64,000 nucleotides of DNA from Candidatus Latescibacterota bacterium (GCA_965204375.1 OZ241986.1:5024001-5088000), one strand, 5' to 3'; numbered from the stretch's first letter, positions 38,120 to 49,122 are shown. The notes: generated from the letters alone by a model not told the origin. Numbers and translations are program-made.

Positions 38120-39337
38120 ATGTATAACCCTCATCTACTGAAAATCGCAATAATTATTCAGATATTTGCTACAAGTGTAATAGCGCAAGAGAGCACGACT
38201 AATCAGGCTAAAGTTTTAGTTATGAATGTAATGGGAAAGGAAAGCCTGATTGGGCAGACTGCTCCAAAATTGAACATTGAAAAATATCTGCAAGCACCAG
38301 AAGGTGAAAAAAGTTTATCCACATTAAAGGGCAACGTTGTCGTCCTGGAATTTTGGGCAACCTGGTGCGCCCCCTGTGTGGCAGCAATCCCACACCTGAA
38401 CCAGTTAAGCGAGGAATTTCGCGATAAGCAAGTGCAATTTATCTCAATAACAGATGAAGGTGAAGACGTAATTGCGCCATTTCTGAAACGGCAAGAAATG
38501 AAATCGTGGATTGGACTGGACACGGATCGGTCGGCTTTCGAAGCTTATGGTGTTAAAGGAATCCCACGGACATTTTTGATCAATCAAAAAGGCATCATCG
38601 CCGCATCGCTTCACCCAGTCGGGCTTTCATCTGACACAATCGAAAAGGTCATCAAGGGAGAAAAAATAGAGCGTCCCAAATTGCCAAAACCAAAAACTGT
38701 CGAAAACGAAGGCACCGATCCCATCTTCAAAATTTTGATCGCACCTACAGAAAAGAGAAAGTGGCCGTCATTCAGTACAGGTAGCTCAAAAGGATATAGA
38801 AAGTTGGACGCAGAGGGCATTACATTGCACCAGGCTTTAAGCTCGGCTTACGATGTCCCTAAAACGCGGATTATAGGTCCAGAAGCACTTTTAGACTCGT
38901 GGTACACAATTTCAGCCAAATTGCCGAGAAATCAATTCGATTTGCTATTCCAACAAGCGTTGACAACATCGCTACAGTTGCGCGTGTCCAACGAAAAAAA
39001 ATCTGTTGAAGTCCTCGTACTCACGGCTGGAGAAGACAGCGCAGAAAAGTTGAAACCCTCAGTAATGGGTTCAGGGGGATCTATGACAAGCGGTGGACGT
39101 GGTAAGATAAAGACAATCAACGGTGAAATCAGTATGCTGGCAAACTCATTGGAGTCCGTTTTAGAGCGTATCGTAGAGGATGGTACTGGGATAGAAGGAA
39201 AATACGATTGGGAAATCACCTATGAAGAAGACGATCCCAATTCCGTGCTCACGGCTCTGAAAGAACAACTCGGTTTGCGAATTCGAAAAGAACAGCGGGA
39301 AATTGAATTCCTGGTTGTAAATGATGCCAATAATTGA
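38120..39337 (+). CDS. TlpA-like redoxin fused to a TIGR03435-like domain
   Basis: VVLEFWATWCAPC; C-terminal VEDGTGIEGKYD...LKEQLGL. Confidence 0.85.
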   Translation: MYNPHLLKIAIIIQIFATSVIAQESTTNQAKVLVMNVMGKESLIGQTAPKLNIEKYLQAPEGEKSLSTLKGNVVVLEFWATWCAPCVAAIPHLNQLSEEFRDKQVQFISITDEGEDVIAPFLKRQEMKSWIGLDTDRSAFEAYGVKGIPRTFLINQKGIIAASLHPVGLSSDTIEKVIKGEKIERPKLPKPKTVENEGTDPIFKILIAPTEKRKWPSFSTGSSKGYRKLDAEGITLHQALSSAYDVPKTRIIGPEALLDSWYTISAKLPRNQFDLLFQQALTTSLQLRVSNEKKSVEVLVLTAGEDSAEKLKPSVMGSGGSMTSGGRGKIKTINGEISMLANSLESVLERIVEDGTGIEGKYDWEITYEEDDPNSVLTALKEQLGLRIRKEQREIEFLVVNDANN

Positions 39338-39371
39338 TTCAGGTATCCCCCAAACGGAAGGAGAAATCAAA

Positions 39372-40598
39372 ATGAGACATATAAAGAAAAAAATCGCGCA
39401 AACCGTCCTCTTTGCGGGAATAGCTCTCTTTACATTTTGCACTTCGACCTTTGCGGATATGGACTGGAAACGCATGAAACGCGACCTCGCCATTCAGGAA
39501 AGCATACTCGACCAATTTTTTGACGAAAAAAATGTTTCCACAACAGGTCTTTACATCGAAAACCACGGCGTTTTGCTCATTGCCAGCGGTGGGATAAAAT
39601 ACGGTGAAATAAATAGGCTTCAAGTGCAGGTAATCCGTAAAGGCGAAAGCAGTGACATTGCTACACCCGCTAAATCCGCCAGGGGTGTTTGGCGAATACA
39701 GAAGAGTAGAGGCGACAAAAGCAGTGAAAATGAAGAGGAAACAATCTTCAAATTTTCCATGTTCGCAAAGAAACCAGAAGCCTCTAAAAGTCAAAATGAA
39801 GCCATAGAAAAACAAATCACTGAATTTTTAGGCCTCTATGGAAATGCCATTGGACAACTCAAAGATGACGATCGCGTAACCGTTCTCTTGAACTCATCAG
39901 AACGTGACTTCCACAGCTTTCTATCTCCATCCATAGAATTTATCGCCTCCATCCAATCCGACTCAATACGCATCAAAAAACACGTAATGGAAACTTTTAA
40001 AAAATCTGAAAGCTTCAAAAACCTGGCGTTCAAAATTACCCGTGTCCTCCTTGAAGCCACCGTCATCAAACGCGATATCGAAGCATACAACCGGGGGAAA
40101 ATTGACGAACAAACCTTCCGTGATCGAATCACCTTTCGCGAGCACGAACCAGAGCGTGTACGCAGCAACTCAATCGACATGATGGCCGACATTTTGACCA
40201 ATACACTCAAAAAGGATACGGATCTCCGCTTTCTGAGTGGCACCAAAAGCACGGGTCTCTATCAAAAGGGCATAGGCGCACTCTTTCTCGTCTCGCAAAA
40301 GGCCGATCCGTTACACCTCGAAACCAGGAACACCGACGCATTCAAAGCCGAGGTCCTGGCAACTCTCGCCTACTACAGTGCAACTCTGCGCGGCTTATCA
40401 TCAGAGGAATCCATCATCGTTCACACCAACCTCATCGGACAGAGCCACTTCAAAATCGGTCACAAAGACAAAACAACCGATATAAAACTTCCCAGTCGCA
40501 TCCTCTTTCGCGTTGCCCAAAGCGACATTGAAGCCTACGCCAGTCAAAAAATCGACCTCGACATATTGAAAAAAAGAGTTGTAGTTACTGAAATGTGA
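39372..40598 (+). CDS. Hypothetical secreted protein
   Basis: GAAGGAG RBS, signal peptide, internal duplication (GLY..HGVLL / GLY..GIGALF). Confidence 0.7.
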   Translation: MRHIKKKIAQTVLFAGIALFTFCTSTFADMDWKRMKRDLAIQESILDQFFDEKNVSTTGLYIENHGVLLIASGGIKYGEINRLQVQVIRKGESSDIATPAKSARGVWRIQKSRGDKSSENEEETIFKFSMFAKKPEASKSQNEAIEKQITEFLGLYGNAIGQLKDDDRVTVLLNSSERDFHSFLSPSIEFIASIQSDSIRIKKHVMETFKKSESFKNLAFKITRVLLEATVIKRDIEAYNRGKIDEQTFRDRITFREHEPERVRSNSIDMMADILTNTLKKDTDLRFLSGTKSTGLYQKGIGALFLVSQKADPLHLETRNTDAFKAEVLATLAYYSATLRGLSSEESIIVHTNLIGQSHFKIGHKDKTTDIKLPSRILFRVAQSDIEAYASQKIDLDILKKRVVVTEM

Positions 40599-40621
40599 GA
40601 CACAAGATTGTGAGACAAAGG

Positions 40622-40663
40622 AAAAAATCCCACCCTGAATACAGGATGGGATTTTTTTATTTT
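40622..40663. terminator. Terminator copy 1 (left direct repeat)
   Basis: AAAAAATCCCACCCTGAATACAGGATGGGATTTTTTTATTT. Confidence 0.85.
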
Positions 40664-40723
40664 CAGCAGCAAATTTCCTGTCACTTTCGTATATAATTCC
40701 CCTTTATTTCAATTCGCAGTGCT

Positions 40724-41146
40724 CTAACTTTTCTCTCTGCTTTGTGTTTGTAAATCATCATTGTATTGATTGAGATATTCTTTACCCGATGGGGTTATTT
40801 TTAGCCAGGATCGTTTATACTCCCGTTTCATATCTTCAAAAGAATATAAATGACCTGAATTTCTTAACTCACTGATCATATTTTGTAAATGTTCATTCTT
40901 TGTGTCCTCTACAGTGCCGAGAATCCTCCTTATTATCGGCAAAACATGAGATTCAGGCACTCCTTCTTCATACAATTTCACTACACCTAAAATAACTTTC
41001 TTTTCTTCTGGATTTGGAGACTGAGGAGATACATATTCAAGAGCGATCTCTGGATATTCTTCAGAAAGCCTGTCCAGAATATCCTGACGTCCTTCATTAT
41101 ATTCTGTCTCATAGTATTCCTCTAATACACTTTGCCAGCGTCCCAT
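40724..41146 (-). CDS. Hypothetical AT-rich protein, possible C-terminal wHTH
   Basis: TAATG coupling with the upstream gene; ISELRNSGHL...LKITPSGKEYL. Confidence 0.6.
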   Translation of the reverse strand: MGRWQSVLEEYYETEYNEGRQDILDRLSEEYPEIALEYVSPQSPNPEEKKVILGVVKLYEEGVPESHVLPIIRRILGTVEDTKNEHLQNMISELRNSGHLYSFEDMKREYKRSWLKITPSGKEYLNQYNDDLQTQSREKS

Positions 41147-41556
41147 TATAATTCCCCTTTCAAATTATCACTTAAACGGTTGAGCGTCTCTGGAGGTTGT
41201 TGTGCAAGCCAGTCAAGAATTTCTTTTTTATGTTTTTTCTCGGCTTTTCTCTCACGATGCCTTGCTAACGCAAGTTTTACACGTCCGCGAGCTTCTTTTA
41301 TTTCAAAACCAAGAAAAGTTAGTGTAAACGCAAAAAGACCAGTGGGTACAAAAGCCTGTGCTATACCAACAAATGCGGTTAAAGTAAAACCATTATTTTT
41401 ATGACAAATGTGATACCAACACAACAATCCAAATCCCACAAGAAAAACAAGAGAAAACCAAAATGAAAAATCTAACCTATCCTTCTTATCTATACTCCAA
41501 AAGGATTCTCTTTCTTTTTTACTTTCACTTCCAAGTGGCTGTGGATCAATTGACAT
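41146..41556 (-). CDS. Two-TM hypothetical protein, paralog of 5078..5509
   Basis: ERESFWS...CWYHICHK, two TMs, charged tail. Confidence 0.65.
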   Translation of the reverse strand: MSIDPQPLGSESKKERESFWSIDKKDRLDFSFWFSLVFLVGFGLLCWYHICHKNNGFTLTAFVGIAQAFVPTGLFAFTLTFLGFEIKEARGRVKLALARHRERKAEKKHKKEILDWLAQQPPETLNRLSDNLKGEL

Positions 41557-41830
41557 ATTACGCTTCTTTATCTCATACCTTGAATTTTTCCGTCTGTTCT
41601 TTGCAAACTTCTGGTGTTATTAGTAAGGCAAGTACAACATTTGATATGTGTTGGCTGTTGTATTCAGCAGAGCGGGTCTTGTCCAACAAGTGACAAGGAA
41701 AATATACGAAAAAAATACTTGACAGCAATCCAAAAAATCTGAATCTGGCACTTTTTTTATTTGACTTTCTTATACTTGCACAACTGCGATAGCAGTTCAT
41801 CTTCTACCACCTATTACCTTCAGGGGTAAA

Positions 41831-41870
41831 AGATGCTTCGTCAGCCTGACGGCTTCCTCAGCATGACAGA
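41831..41870. repeat. REP-like element GATGCTTCG...CTCAGCATGACA
   Basis: Resembles a common bacterial palindromic repeat family (recalled); internal CGTCAG/CTGACG hairpin. Confidence 0.45.
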
Positions 41871-41909
41871 AACGCGAGACATGCGTAACGTCAGCTATTA
41901 AGACAAAAC

Positions 41910-41949
41910 AAAAATCCCACCCTGAATACAGGATGGGATTTTTTTATTT
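41910..41949. terminator. Terminator copy 2 (right direct repeat), ending the YceI gene
   Basis: Identical core to 40622-40663. Confidence 0.85.
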
Positions 41950-41962
41950 CAACTTGATCAAC

Positions 41963-42616
41963 TCAATTCCCGCCACCGCCGCGACCACCACGGCCACCTT
42001 GACCACCGCGACGACCCTGCTGGCCTCGAGCCTGTCTCGGCGGACCCGCTTCAATCGTAATATTCACGCGCACCTCATCCCCCAGCACATTGGCAAAATT
42101 CGCCCAGCTATTCACGCCAAAATCCGAACACAACAGCGTCAACTCGGTTTCAAAACCAGCCAGAGGTGTGCCGCGTTGCGGATGCGTACCAATACCGAGC
42201 ACCGTCACCGGCATCGTAATACTCTTCGTCACGCCGTGCATCGTCAAATCACCCGTCACCAGAATTTTTTCCCCTTCTTTCACAGCCGAAGTACTCTTAA
42301 ACGCGATCGTCGGAAAAGTCTCCACCTCAAAGAAATCTGGTCCGCGCAAATGACTGTCGCGACGCTGATTCCCCGTATCGATACTCCGCGCCTGGATCGT
42401 CGTTTCAATCATTGTCTTTTCGGGCGCGCCTGGATCGTAATCAATCGTGCCACCAAACTGATTAAACCGACCCGCCGTGCGGCTCACAAAGTGCCGAATC
42501 GAAAACCCGACCGACGAATGCGATCGGTCAATCTGGTACTTCTCGGCAAAACCCGTATCCGCCATCACAAGTGATGACACCAGTCCCAAACACAACAAAC
42601 GTATGACGCTCAACAT
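41963..42616 (-). CDS. YceI family protein
   Basis: YQIDRSHSSVGFSIRH, SIDTGNQRRDSHLR..DFF, GDLTMHGVTK. Confidence 0.93.
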   Translation of the reverse strand: MLSVIRLLCLGLVSSLVMADTGFAEKYQIDRSHSSVGFSIRHFVSRTAGRFNQFGGTIDYDPGAPEKTMIETTIQARSIDTGNQRRDSHLRGPDFFEVETFPTIAFKSTSAVKEGEKILVTGDLTMHGVTKSITMPVTVLGIGTHPQRGTPLAGFETELTLLCSDFGVNSWANFANVLGDEVRVNITIEAGPPRQARGQQGRRGGQGGRGGRGGGGN

Positions 42617-42631
42617 TACACCCTCCTTAAA

Positions 42632-42792
42632 AGAAGTTAGAAGTTAAAAGTTAGAAGTTAGAAACCCACCCAACACCACCCCATAAAGGCAAGTGAGAAG
42701 AAAGAAGGAAGAAGTGAGAAAGCCCCGCCTTACCACCCTAAAGCTGGTGCCTCATCCCATTTCACACTTCTCACTTCACACTTCCTACTTCA
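42632..42792. repeat. Heptamer-armed element (one partial plus one full copy)
   Basis: (AAGTTAG)n arm, partial core, AAGTGAG arm, CCCCGCC..AAAGCTGGTGC core, CTTCACA/CTTCCTA arm. Confidence 0.85.
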
Positions 42793-45050
42793 TCCATCAC
42801 CACGCGCGACGCCGCCAATCCATCTATCCTGGCGACTCTACCCGTCACGGGATCGATCTGCCCAAACGACAACACACCCGTCGGACAACTCTGCACACAG
42901 GCCGAACACCGCACGCACTCCGGATCCTCCATCGGCAAACCCTTATTCGCAAAATTCATCACATCAATGCCCTGGTGGCACACCGACGTACACACACTGC
43001 ACGAAATGCACTTCTTCTTATCTGCAAAAATCCGAAACCGCGAAAACCGCGCATAAACGTGCATCAGCGCAGCTAAGGGACACGCAAACCGGCACCACAT
43101 CCGCCCGCTAAAATGCCAGTAAAAACCCACCCCAATAATCCCCGCCAAAAACAAATCTACAAACCACTGATAATTCAAAAACGTCAGCGGAAATATCAGA
43201 CCGCCCCAATTCACATCCTTCCCCATAAACAGCCCCATATACCCCGCATTCACCCAGTGGTCATAAGGCAACAACCAGCCCGCAATCCGCAATGCCAGAA
43301 GCACAAAAGCCAGAACCAAAATCACCTGTCCCACCATATTCATCCGATTCCAAACAGGACCGTGCGGCATCTTCTGCCGGTGCATATCCCCCATCGTCTC
43401 TGCCAGTGCCCCACACGAACAAATCCACCCGCAATAAGCTCCCTTGCCCCAGCGCCAGATAATCAACGGAATCACCACAAAAGTCTGCACCAGACTAATA
43501 CCCAACCACCACCCCAGCGGCTGGCTCGTAAACACATTCCAGAAAAACAGGGGCCACGCCAGAATAAAGCCCAAACTCCGCCAGTACTCCCGCCCGTGTG
43601 CATCCCACTCCGTCGCCGGGAATAACGCATCGGCCACAGGCTTCAGAAAAGCACCATCGGAAAACCAACCATTGTGCCCCAACCACGGCAAAAAAATGTA
43701 CGGCAACAAAAACAGGGGCACACACTGAATAACCATCAGCGTCACCGTCTGCACCGTCACATAAGGCGTCTGCCGTCGATTAATCCTGCGAATCCCAAAC
43801 CCCACCACACACGCACAATAAGCCAGCGAATAATAAAAACCCGGCTGCGTCATCGACGTCCACACCGTCCCGAAAAGACCCGACTTATCCTCTGCAGGCA
43901 TCAAATTAAACGGAAACAGCTCAGCCCCCTTAAACCACTCGTAAATCGGAATCCCCGCACCCGTCTTCCAGTGATACACAAACACACACGCCAGCATAAT
44001 CAACCCAAAAGACACCCACGTACCCACGCGCCATTCCCCTCTAATCGGCACACCCGACCGCCTGAAAAAATCCAGCGGAGCCTCGCGCCCGATCATGGAA
44101 AACACCGCGTCATTGGGCACGGCCTCGTCACCCTCACCCGTCGAAAGCACCACCTCTTCCTCACCAATCGCCCGCACCTCACTCGCCAGTGCCATCCGCA
44201 AGTGATCCCCGCCCGACAGCACCTCAATCTTTTCCACATTCTCGGGCTTGGGACGGCTCAGTTCCGCACGCCGATACGACAGCGTCACCCGCCCACCGGA
44301 CTCGGCAATTGCAATCGCGGTCTCCAGCGCACTATCGCCACCACCGACCACGAGCACATCCTGGTCCGCATAATCCTTTGGATCGTGCAACCGGTTCATC
44401 ACCTTATCCAGATCCTCGCCCGGCACATTTAACTTTCTAAAATTGCCCGACCGTCCAATCGCCACAATCACCCGGTGCGCCAGCAAATCCTCCCCATCGG
44501 GAATCACCACCCGCAACACATCCCCCTCTCGCTGCACGCACTCCGCACGCGCAAACACCGGCTCGATATCCGCGGTCCGCTCCTCCAACTCATCCAACAA
44601 CCGCTCCTTCACATCTGCCCGATCGGAAAACTGCAAATCACCTGCGGGAACCATATCCGTCGGATACGTGTAAATCGGCTTTGCCTTTGGAAAATTCACC
44701 ACCGTAGAAAACCGCTCTGACGCCTCCAGCAGCACAAAATCCAATTCCCGATTTCTCGCCTCAATACCCGCCGCCATACCCGACACACCCCCACCAATAA
44801 TCACCAGATCGCGCACCCCGTCCCTCTGCGTCCGACTATCAAACCCCGCATCGTCCGCAATCGTCTGCACTGCCCGCGCCCCCGTATCCGACGAAAACTT
44901 CAACAGCGGAATTCCCGTCAAATCCCCCACAATGTACAGCCCGGGCACCGCCGTTGACCCATCTTCATTCATCTCGGGCAACTTCTCCACCGTGCCCGAA
45001 GGCCACCGCGTGTGCAACCAGTGCATATACCGCTTTAAAAATCCAAACAT
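42771..45050 (-). CDS. Thioredoxin-reductase-like FAD/NAD(P) oxidoreductase fused to a membrane 4Fe-4S (NapH-like) domain
   Basis: IIGGGVSG, VVGGGDSA, CGWICSCG, WCRFACP, two CxxCxxCxxxC motifs. Confidence 0.85.
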   Translation of the reverse strand: MFGFLKRYMHWLHTRWPSGTVEKLPEMNEDGSTAVPGLYIVGDLTGIPLLKFSSDTGARAVQTIADDAGFDSRTQRDGVRDLVIIGGGVSGMAAGIEARNRELDFVLLEASERFSTVVNFPKAKPIYTYPTDMVPAGDLQFSDRADVKERLLDELEERTADIEPVFARAECVQREGDVLRVVIPDGEDLLAHRVIVAIGRSGNFRKLNVPGEDLDKVMNRLHDPKDYADQDVLVVGGGDSALETAIAIAESGGRVTLSYRRAELSRPKPENVEKIEVLSGGDHLRMALASEVRAIGEEEVVLSTGEGDEAVPNDAVFSMIGREAPLDFFRRSGVPIRGEWRVGTWVSFGLIMLACVFVYHWKTGAGIPIYEWFKGAELFPFNLMPAEDKSGLFGTVWTSMTQPGFYYSLAYCACVVGFGIRRINRRQTPYVTVQTVTLMVIQCVPLFLLPYIFLPWLGHNGWFSDGAFLKPVADALFPATEWDAHGREYWRSLGFILAWPLFFWNVFTSQPLGWWLGISLVQTFVVIPLIIWRWGKGAYCGWICSCGALAETMGDMHRQKMPHGPVWNRMNMVGQVILVLAFVLLALRIAGWLLPYDHWVNAGYMGLFMGKDVNWGGLIFPLTFLNYQWFVDLFLAGIIGVGFYWHFSGRMWCRFACPLAALMHVYARFSRFRIFADKKKCISCSVCTSVCHQGIDVMNFANKGLPMEDPECVRCSACVQSCPTGVLSFGQIDPVTGRVARIDGLAASRVVMDEVGSVK

Positions 45051-45125
45051 CTTCCCTTCTCCGATGAAAAAATCGCCCGGATAGGATAAATACTCTATCT
45101 CACATCGTCAATGCCAAAATTTGCG

Positions 45126-46145
45126 TCATCCATAAACATCATCGATCAACGCGCGGATATACCCAATCGCATACGCCTTTCCGTGCAATTGCGTATATGC
45201 GGAATGGGCAAAACTCGGCGTGTGATCCATCATATACGGACCATTGAATCCATTATCGCGATAAACCTCCATCGCGCGCTTCATATCGATATCGCCTTCA
45301 TCCATAAAAACTTCGACAAACCGCGGCAACTGACCCCGTACATTGCGGAAATGCACCCAAACAATTTTATTATTCGAAGCCATCTCGGCAATCGCATCGT
45401 AAACACCCTCACCCAGCAACTCCGTCATACACCCCTGGCAAAATAACATGCCATTGTGCTCGCCCGGCGCAATCTCAAAAAGCGTGCGCCTGAATTGATC
45501 CAGCGAAGAACAAATCTGTGCAATACCGCCCAGAGGCTCAGGAATCGGTGGATCATCCGGATGCAGTGCCATACGCACCCCCGACTTCTCCGCAACGGGA
45601 ATCACCGCCTGTAAAAACGCCTCCATATTTGCCCACATCGTCTCTTCTGAAACGGGCGGATCGAATTGCTCTGGACGATTCTGACCAAAATATTCATAGT
45701 CAAACGTGCTATATCTCACCCCGCCGCGACCCGTATCTGAAGGCGTCCGAAAATTCCCCATCGGCTTGAAATTCCAGCCCAAACACGGAATCCCCGCCCT
45801 GCCCAGCGACGCCAGCATCTGACACCAGAAACCGATCTTCTCGTCTCGATCTTCCATAGCCAGCGCAATCTCCTCCCAGCACGGCATAAAAATATTATTC
45901 AACTTCATGCCATGGGATTCCACCAACTCCCGCGCCTTCTCAAATTCCTCCGTACAATCCTCCCCTGCGCGAAGCCGTTGCGCCAGCGCCGTATTCGCCA
46001 CACCCGTGCCACCGCGCTTAGCCGATTTTGCGGGCGGTCGTCCACCCCGCAACTCGAGGTGAATCGAATCCACGCTAATCGCCCTGTGAAAACTCAAAAT
46101 ATCATCGTCCAAATTGTCGTAATGAACCTGATCTTGAATGTACAT
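45126..46145 (-). CDS. uxuA: Mannonate dehydratase family protein
   Basis: WNFKP, MALHPDDPP, FCQG, VHFRNV, EVFMDEGD, MMDH. Confidence 0.8.
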   Translation of the reverse strand: MYIQDQVHYDNLDDDILSFHRAISVDSIHLELRGGRPPAKSAKRGGTGVANTALAQRLRAGEDCTEEFEKARELVESHGMKLNNIFMPCWEEIALAMEDRDEKIGFWCQMLASLGRAGIPCLGWNFKPMGNFRTPSDTGRGGVRYSTFDYEYFGQNRPEQFDPPVSEETMWANMEAFLQAVIPVAEKSGVRMALHPDDPPIPEPLGGIAQICSSLDQFRRTLFEIAPGEHNGMLFCQGCMTELLGEGVYDAIAEMASNNKIVWVHFRNVRGQLPRFVEVFMDEGDIDMKRAMEVYRDNGFNGPYMMDHTPSFAHSAYTQLHGKAYAIGYIRALIDDVYG

Positions 46146-46203
46146 TTTTACCACCTCTCGCATCCCAATAAACTGCTAAGCAATTATACCGTTCCTTAAT
46201 TTT

Positions 46204-47610
46204 TTAACTCTCAACCTCGGCATCGGATACCCGCCGTTGACCGCCTTGCCGTTCTTCCGCATCGACAATCTCGGGAACATATCCCTCAACATCTCGAATA
46301 TAGCCGAGCAACCGCGCCTTCATTCGGTCTGCAACCGGACGGTGGCTACTATAGCCAATCAAATTGCGCAACTCGTACGGATCTGCCTCCAGGTCGTAGA
46401 GATACGCCTCGTCATAACTTCTCGCACCCTCTGTACCGGACGGCGCCACATCGCTGTGGACCGCGTACTTCCATCGCTTTGTGCGAACAGCGCGACCAAT
46501 ACCACTCTCTGAAATCTGCACAAACACATCATCCGGCCATGGATCTGCGAGCGATTTCCCACCACCGCCCAAAATGGGAAGCACGGAACGCCCCGACATC
46601 TGATCGGGAATCTCCAACCCGGCGCCATCCAACAGCGAAGGCGGCAAATCCACCAGACTCACCACCTCGCCCAACGTACCCCCTCCTGTAAATGGACCAC
46701 CCGTCAACACCGTTGGAACGCGGATAGAACTCTCGTGACACGAACGCTTGTATTCCTTATTGCGGGTGCGGAAATGACAGGCGTGATCAGACGTGAACAA
46801 CACAATCGTATCCTCTAACAGCCCCAGACTCTTCAGCGCATCGAGCAGCCGCCCATAAGCCTCATCTAACCGCTTGATCATCCCCCAGTACCCACCCAAA
46901 TGCTGATGCGTACTCCCCCCCGTGGGAACCGCGTCGGGATACTCGCCTTCTGCCAAAGGATGCGTGGGCAATCCCTCCAGATCGGGCGGAGTCCATCGCC
47001 CCGCATACATCTCGCGATACCCTTCCGGCGGCGGATAATCGTCCAGATGATTCTGGTGATGGGGTTCCAAAAAAGAAATAAACAGATAAAAGGGATCACT
47101 CTGATGTTCATCCACATACCGAATCGCCGCATCGGTCAGCGCATCAACCCGATAACCGGGCAACTTCACCTCCTGATTGTCATGATCGTAAACAACGCAA
47201 TCATACGTATCAGACGTTCCCTCCAGCGCATTTGCCGCGAGCCAGTACTGGTACCCGCCGCGCGCTTTTACGGGCACAAAACCGCGCCCAGTCGTCGCCA
47301 GATGCCACTTGCCAATATACCCCGTGTGATAACCCGCATCATTAAAACACTGTGCAAGCGTCTTGTGATCCGGATTCAGCCCAATCCCATTGCGATACAC
47401 ACCCGTCTCACTCGCGTACATCCCCGTTTGCAAACACGCACGCGCCGGACCGCACACGGGCTGACAGGTAAAACTATTATAAACATGTGTCCCGTGCTGC
47501 GCCGCCCGATCCAGATTCGGCGTAATACCCAATGGATTGCCATGCGCTGCCATGCAATCCCAGCGCTGTTGATCCGTAAAAAAGACAATAACATTTGGTT
47601 TGTTAGCCAT
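46204..47610 (-). CDS. Sulfatase
   Basis: PNVIVFFTDQQR, CGPARA (CxPxR), GKWHL. Confidence 0.93.
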   Translation of the reverse strand: MANKPNVIVFFTDQQRWDCMAAHGNPLGITPNLDRAAQHGTHVYNSFTCQPVCGPARACLQTGMYASETGVYRNGIGLNPDHKTLAQCFNDAGYHTGYIGKWHLATTGRGFVPVKARGGYQYWLAANALEGTSDTYDCVVYDHDNQEVKLPGYRVDALTDAAIRYVDEHQSDPFYLFISFLEPHHQNHLDDYPPPEGYREMYAGRWTPPDLEGLPTHPLAEGEYPDAVPTGGSTHQHLGGYWGMIKRLDEAYGRLLDALKSLGLLEDTIVLFTSDHACHFRTRNKEYKRSCHESSIRVPTVLTGGPFTGGGTLGEVVSLVDLPPSLLDGAGLEIPDQMSGRSVLPILGGGGKSLADPWPDDVFVQISESGIGRAVRTKRWKYAVHSDVAPSGTEGARSYDEAYLYDLEADPYELRNLIGYSSHRPVADRMKARLLGYIRDVEGYVPEIVDAEERQGGQRRVSDAEVES

Positions 47611-47625
47611 AACATCTCCTTTCAT

Positions 47626-49122
47626 TTATGCACCAGGTGTAATTTTGGGATTATCCATACGCGTACAGCGAATACTTTCCCGCATCAGGCGCGCCAAAAG
47701 CTCTGCCTTCACATCCCGCGCCTCCGAACGATCCCACAAATTTACTTTCTCGTGTGGATCATTTTCCAGATCCACCAGCACATTATGTCCAATACCCGAA
47801 GCATCCACCACAATTTTGTAGCGCTCCGTAATCAGCGTCCGCATGGATCCCATCTCCACAAACGCCGCGCGGTCAGGCATATCCGCACCATCATTAATAA
47901 AAGCACGCAACGAACGCCCGGGCAACTCAAAATCCTCAACAGCCCAATCGTCGCGCCGAAATCGCATAGCAATTTGATCTATCCCCGCATAATCCAGCAC
48001 TGTGGGCACAAAATCTAAATTGCTCACCACATCATCGCAAACACCAGTCTGTCCTCCGGGCACCCGCCAGATATACGGTACGCGCAGCAACTCCTCCCAC
48101 TGATAGGGCGTCTTATGCCATAAATGGTGTGACCCCAGGTACTCCCCGTGATCCGCAATAAACGCAACAACCGTATGATCGTACAAACCCTTCGCCTGTA
48201 AAAAATCAATCGCGCGACCCACATTATCATCAATATGCGAAATCATGCCATAAGTCTGCACCATCACCTGCCGCAAATCCGCCTCATCGCCATTGAACCA
48301 AGCGGGGCCCACTCTCCGCAACAAACTATCAGGAGTTGGGTCTTCGTCAACAACAAATGTCTCCGGCAGCGTTAAAGCCCCGGGATCGTACATCTCGCTA
48401 TACGGCCTGCAAGCCACAAACGGATGATGCGGATCGGGAAAAGAACACCATGCAAAAAAATTTTCACCCGCGTCCAAATCATCTATAAAAGCCATCGTGC
48501 GATCTGCAATCCAGTGATTGTAATGCAACTCAGCCGGAATTTGATCGATCTTCCAGGTCTGATAACCAAAATTTTCATACGCCGAAGACTGAGCATAGGG
48601 AACGCACATTGAAGGACCGTCCTCCGGATGATCCTTTTGCGCGACATCGGGATATTCTTCTTCCAACCAATTTCGATAATCCCCACAAACGTAATTCACA
48701 TGTCCACCCACATAATCCGTCTCGCCAAAACCGTAATATCCCTCGGGCAAATGGGTCACCTCACCGCTGTACCACCGATACCGGTTCTCCCATGAATCAC
48801 CCCCCGAAAAAGGCTGCAAATGCAACTTCCCAGCCGCATGCGTGCGATACCCCGCCCCGGACAGCGTTCCCGTCACAGTCGGCATTTCCTCAGACAGACT
48901 CATGCCATTTTGTATCAACCCGTGTTGCGAAGGCGTCAACCCGGTAATCAGAGAAGCCCGCGACGGCTGGCACACCGGATGCGAGCAATAATTGCGGCGA
49001 AACAAAACGCCATCCTGTGTCAGACGATCCAGATTCGGCGTCTGTACATCCGGATGCCCATTGCACCCCATGCAATAAGCCTGCATCTGATCCACACAGA
49101 AAATCAAAAAATTCGGTCGCAT
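47626..49122 (-). CDS. Sulfatase
   Basis: RPNFLIFCVDQ, CQPSRASLITG, GKLHL, DPHHP, ADHGE. Confidence 0.93.
   Translation of the reverse strand: MRPNFLIFCVDQMQAYCMGCNGHPDVQTPNLDRLTQDGVLFRRNYCSHPVCQPSRASLITGLTPSQHGLIQNGMSLSEEMPTVTGTLSGAGYRTHAAGKLHLQPFSGGDSWENRYRWYSGEVTHLPEGYYGFGETDYVGGHVNYVCGDYRNWLEEEYPDVAQKDHPEDGPSMCVPYAQSSAYENFGYQTWKIDQIPAELHYNHWIADRTMAFIDDLDAGENFFAWCSFPDPHHPFVACRPYSEMYDPGALTLPETFVVDEDPTPDSLLRRVGPAWFNGDEADLRQVMVQTYGMISHIDDNVGRAIDFLQAKGLYDHTVVAFIADHGEYLGSHHLWHKTPYQWEELLRVPYIWRVPGGQTGVCDDVVSNLDFVPTVLDYAGIDQIAMRFRRDDWAVEDFELPGRSLRAFINDGADMPDRAAFVEMGSMRTLITERYKIVVDASGIGHNVLVDLENDPHEKVNLWDRSEARDVKAELLARLMRESIRCTRMDNPKITPGA

Noticed and set aside
41800-41832. TACCACC...CTTCAGG hairpin faintly resembling the NYN-leader RNA
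   Set aside because: Similarity too short and the second hairpin is absent
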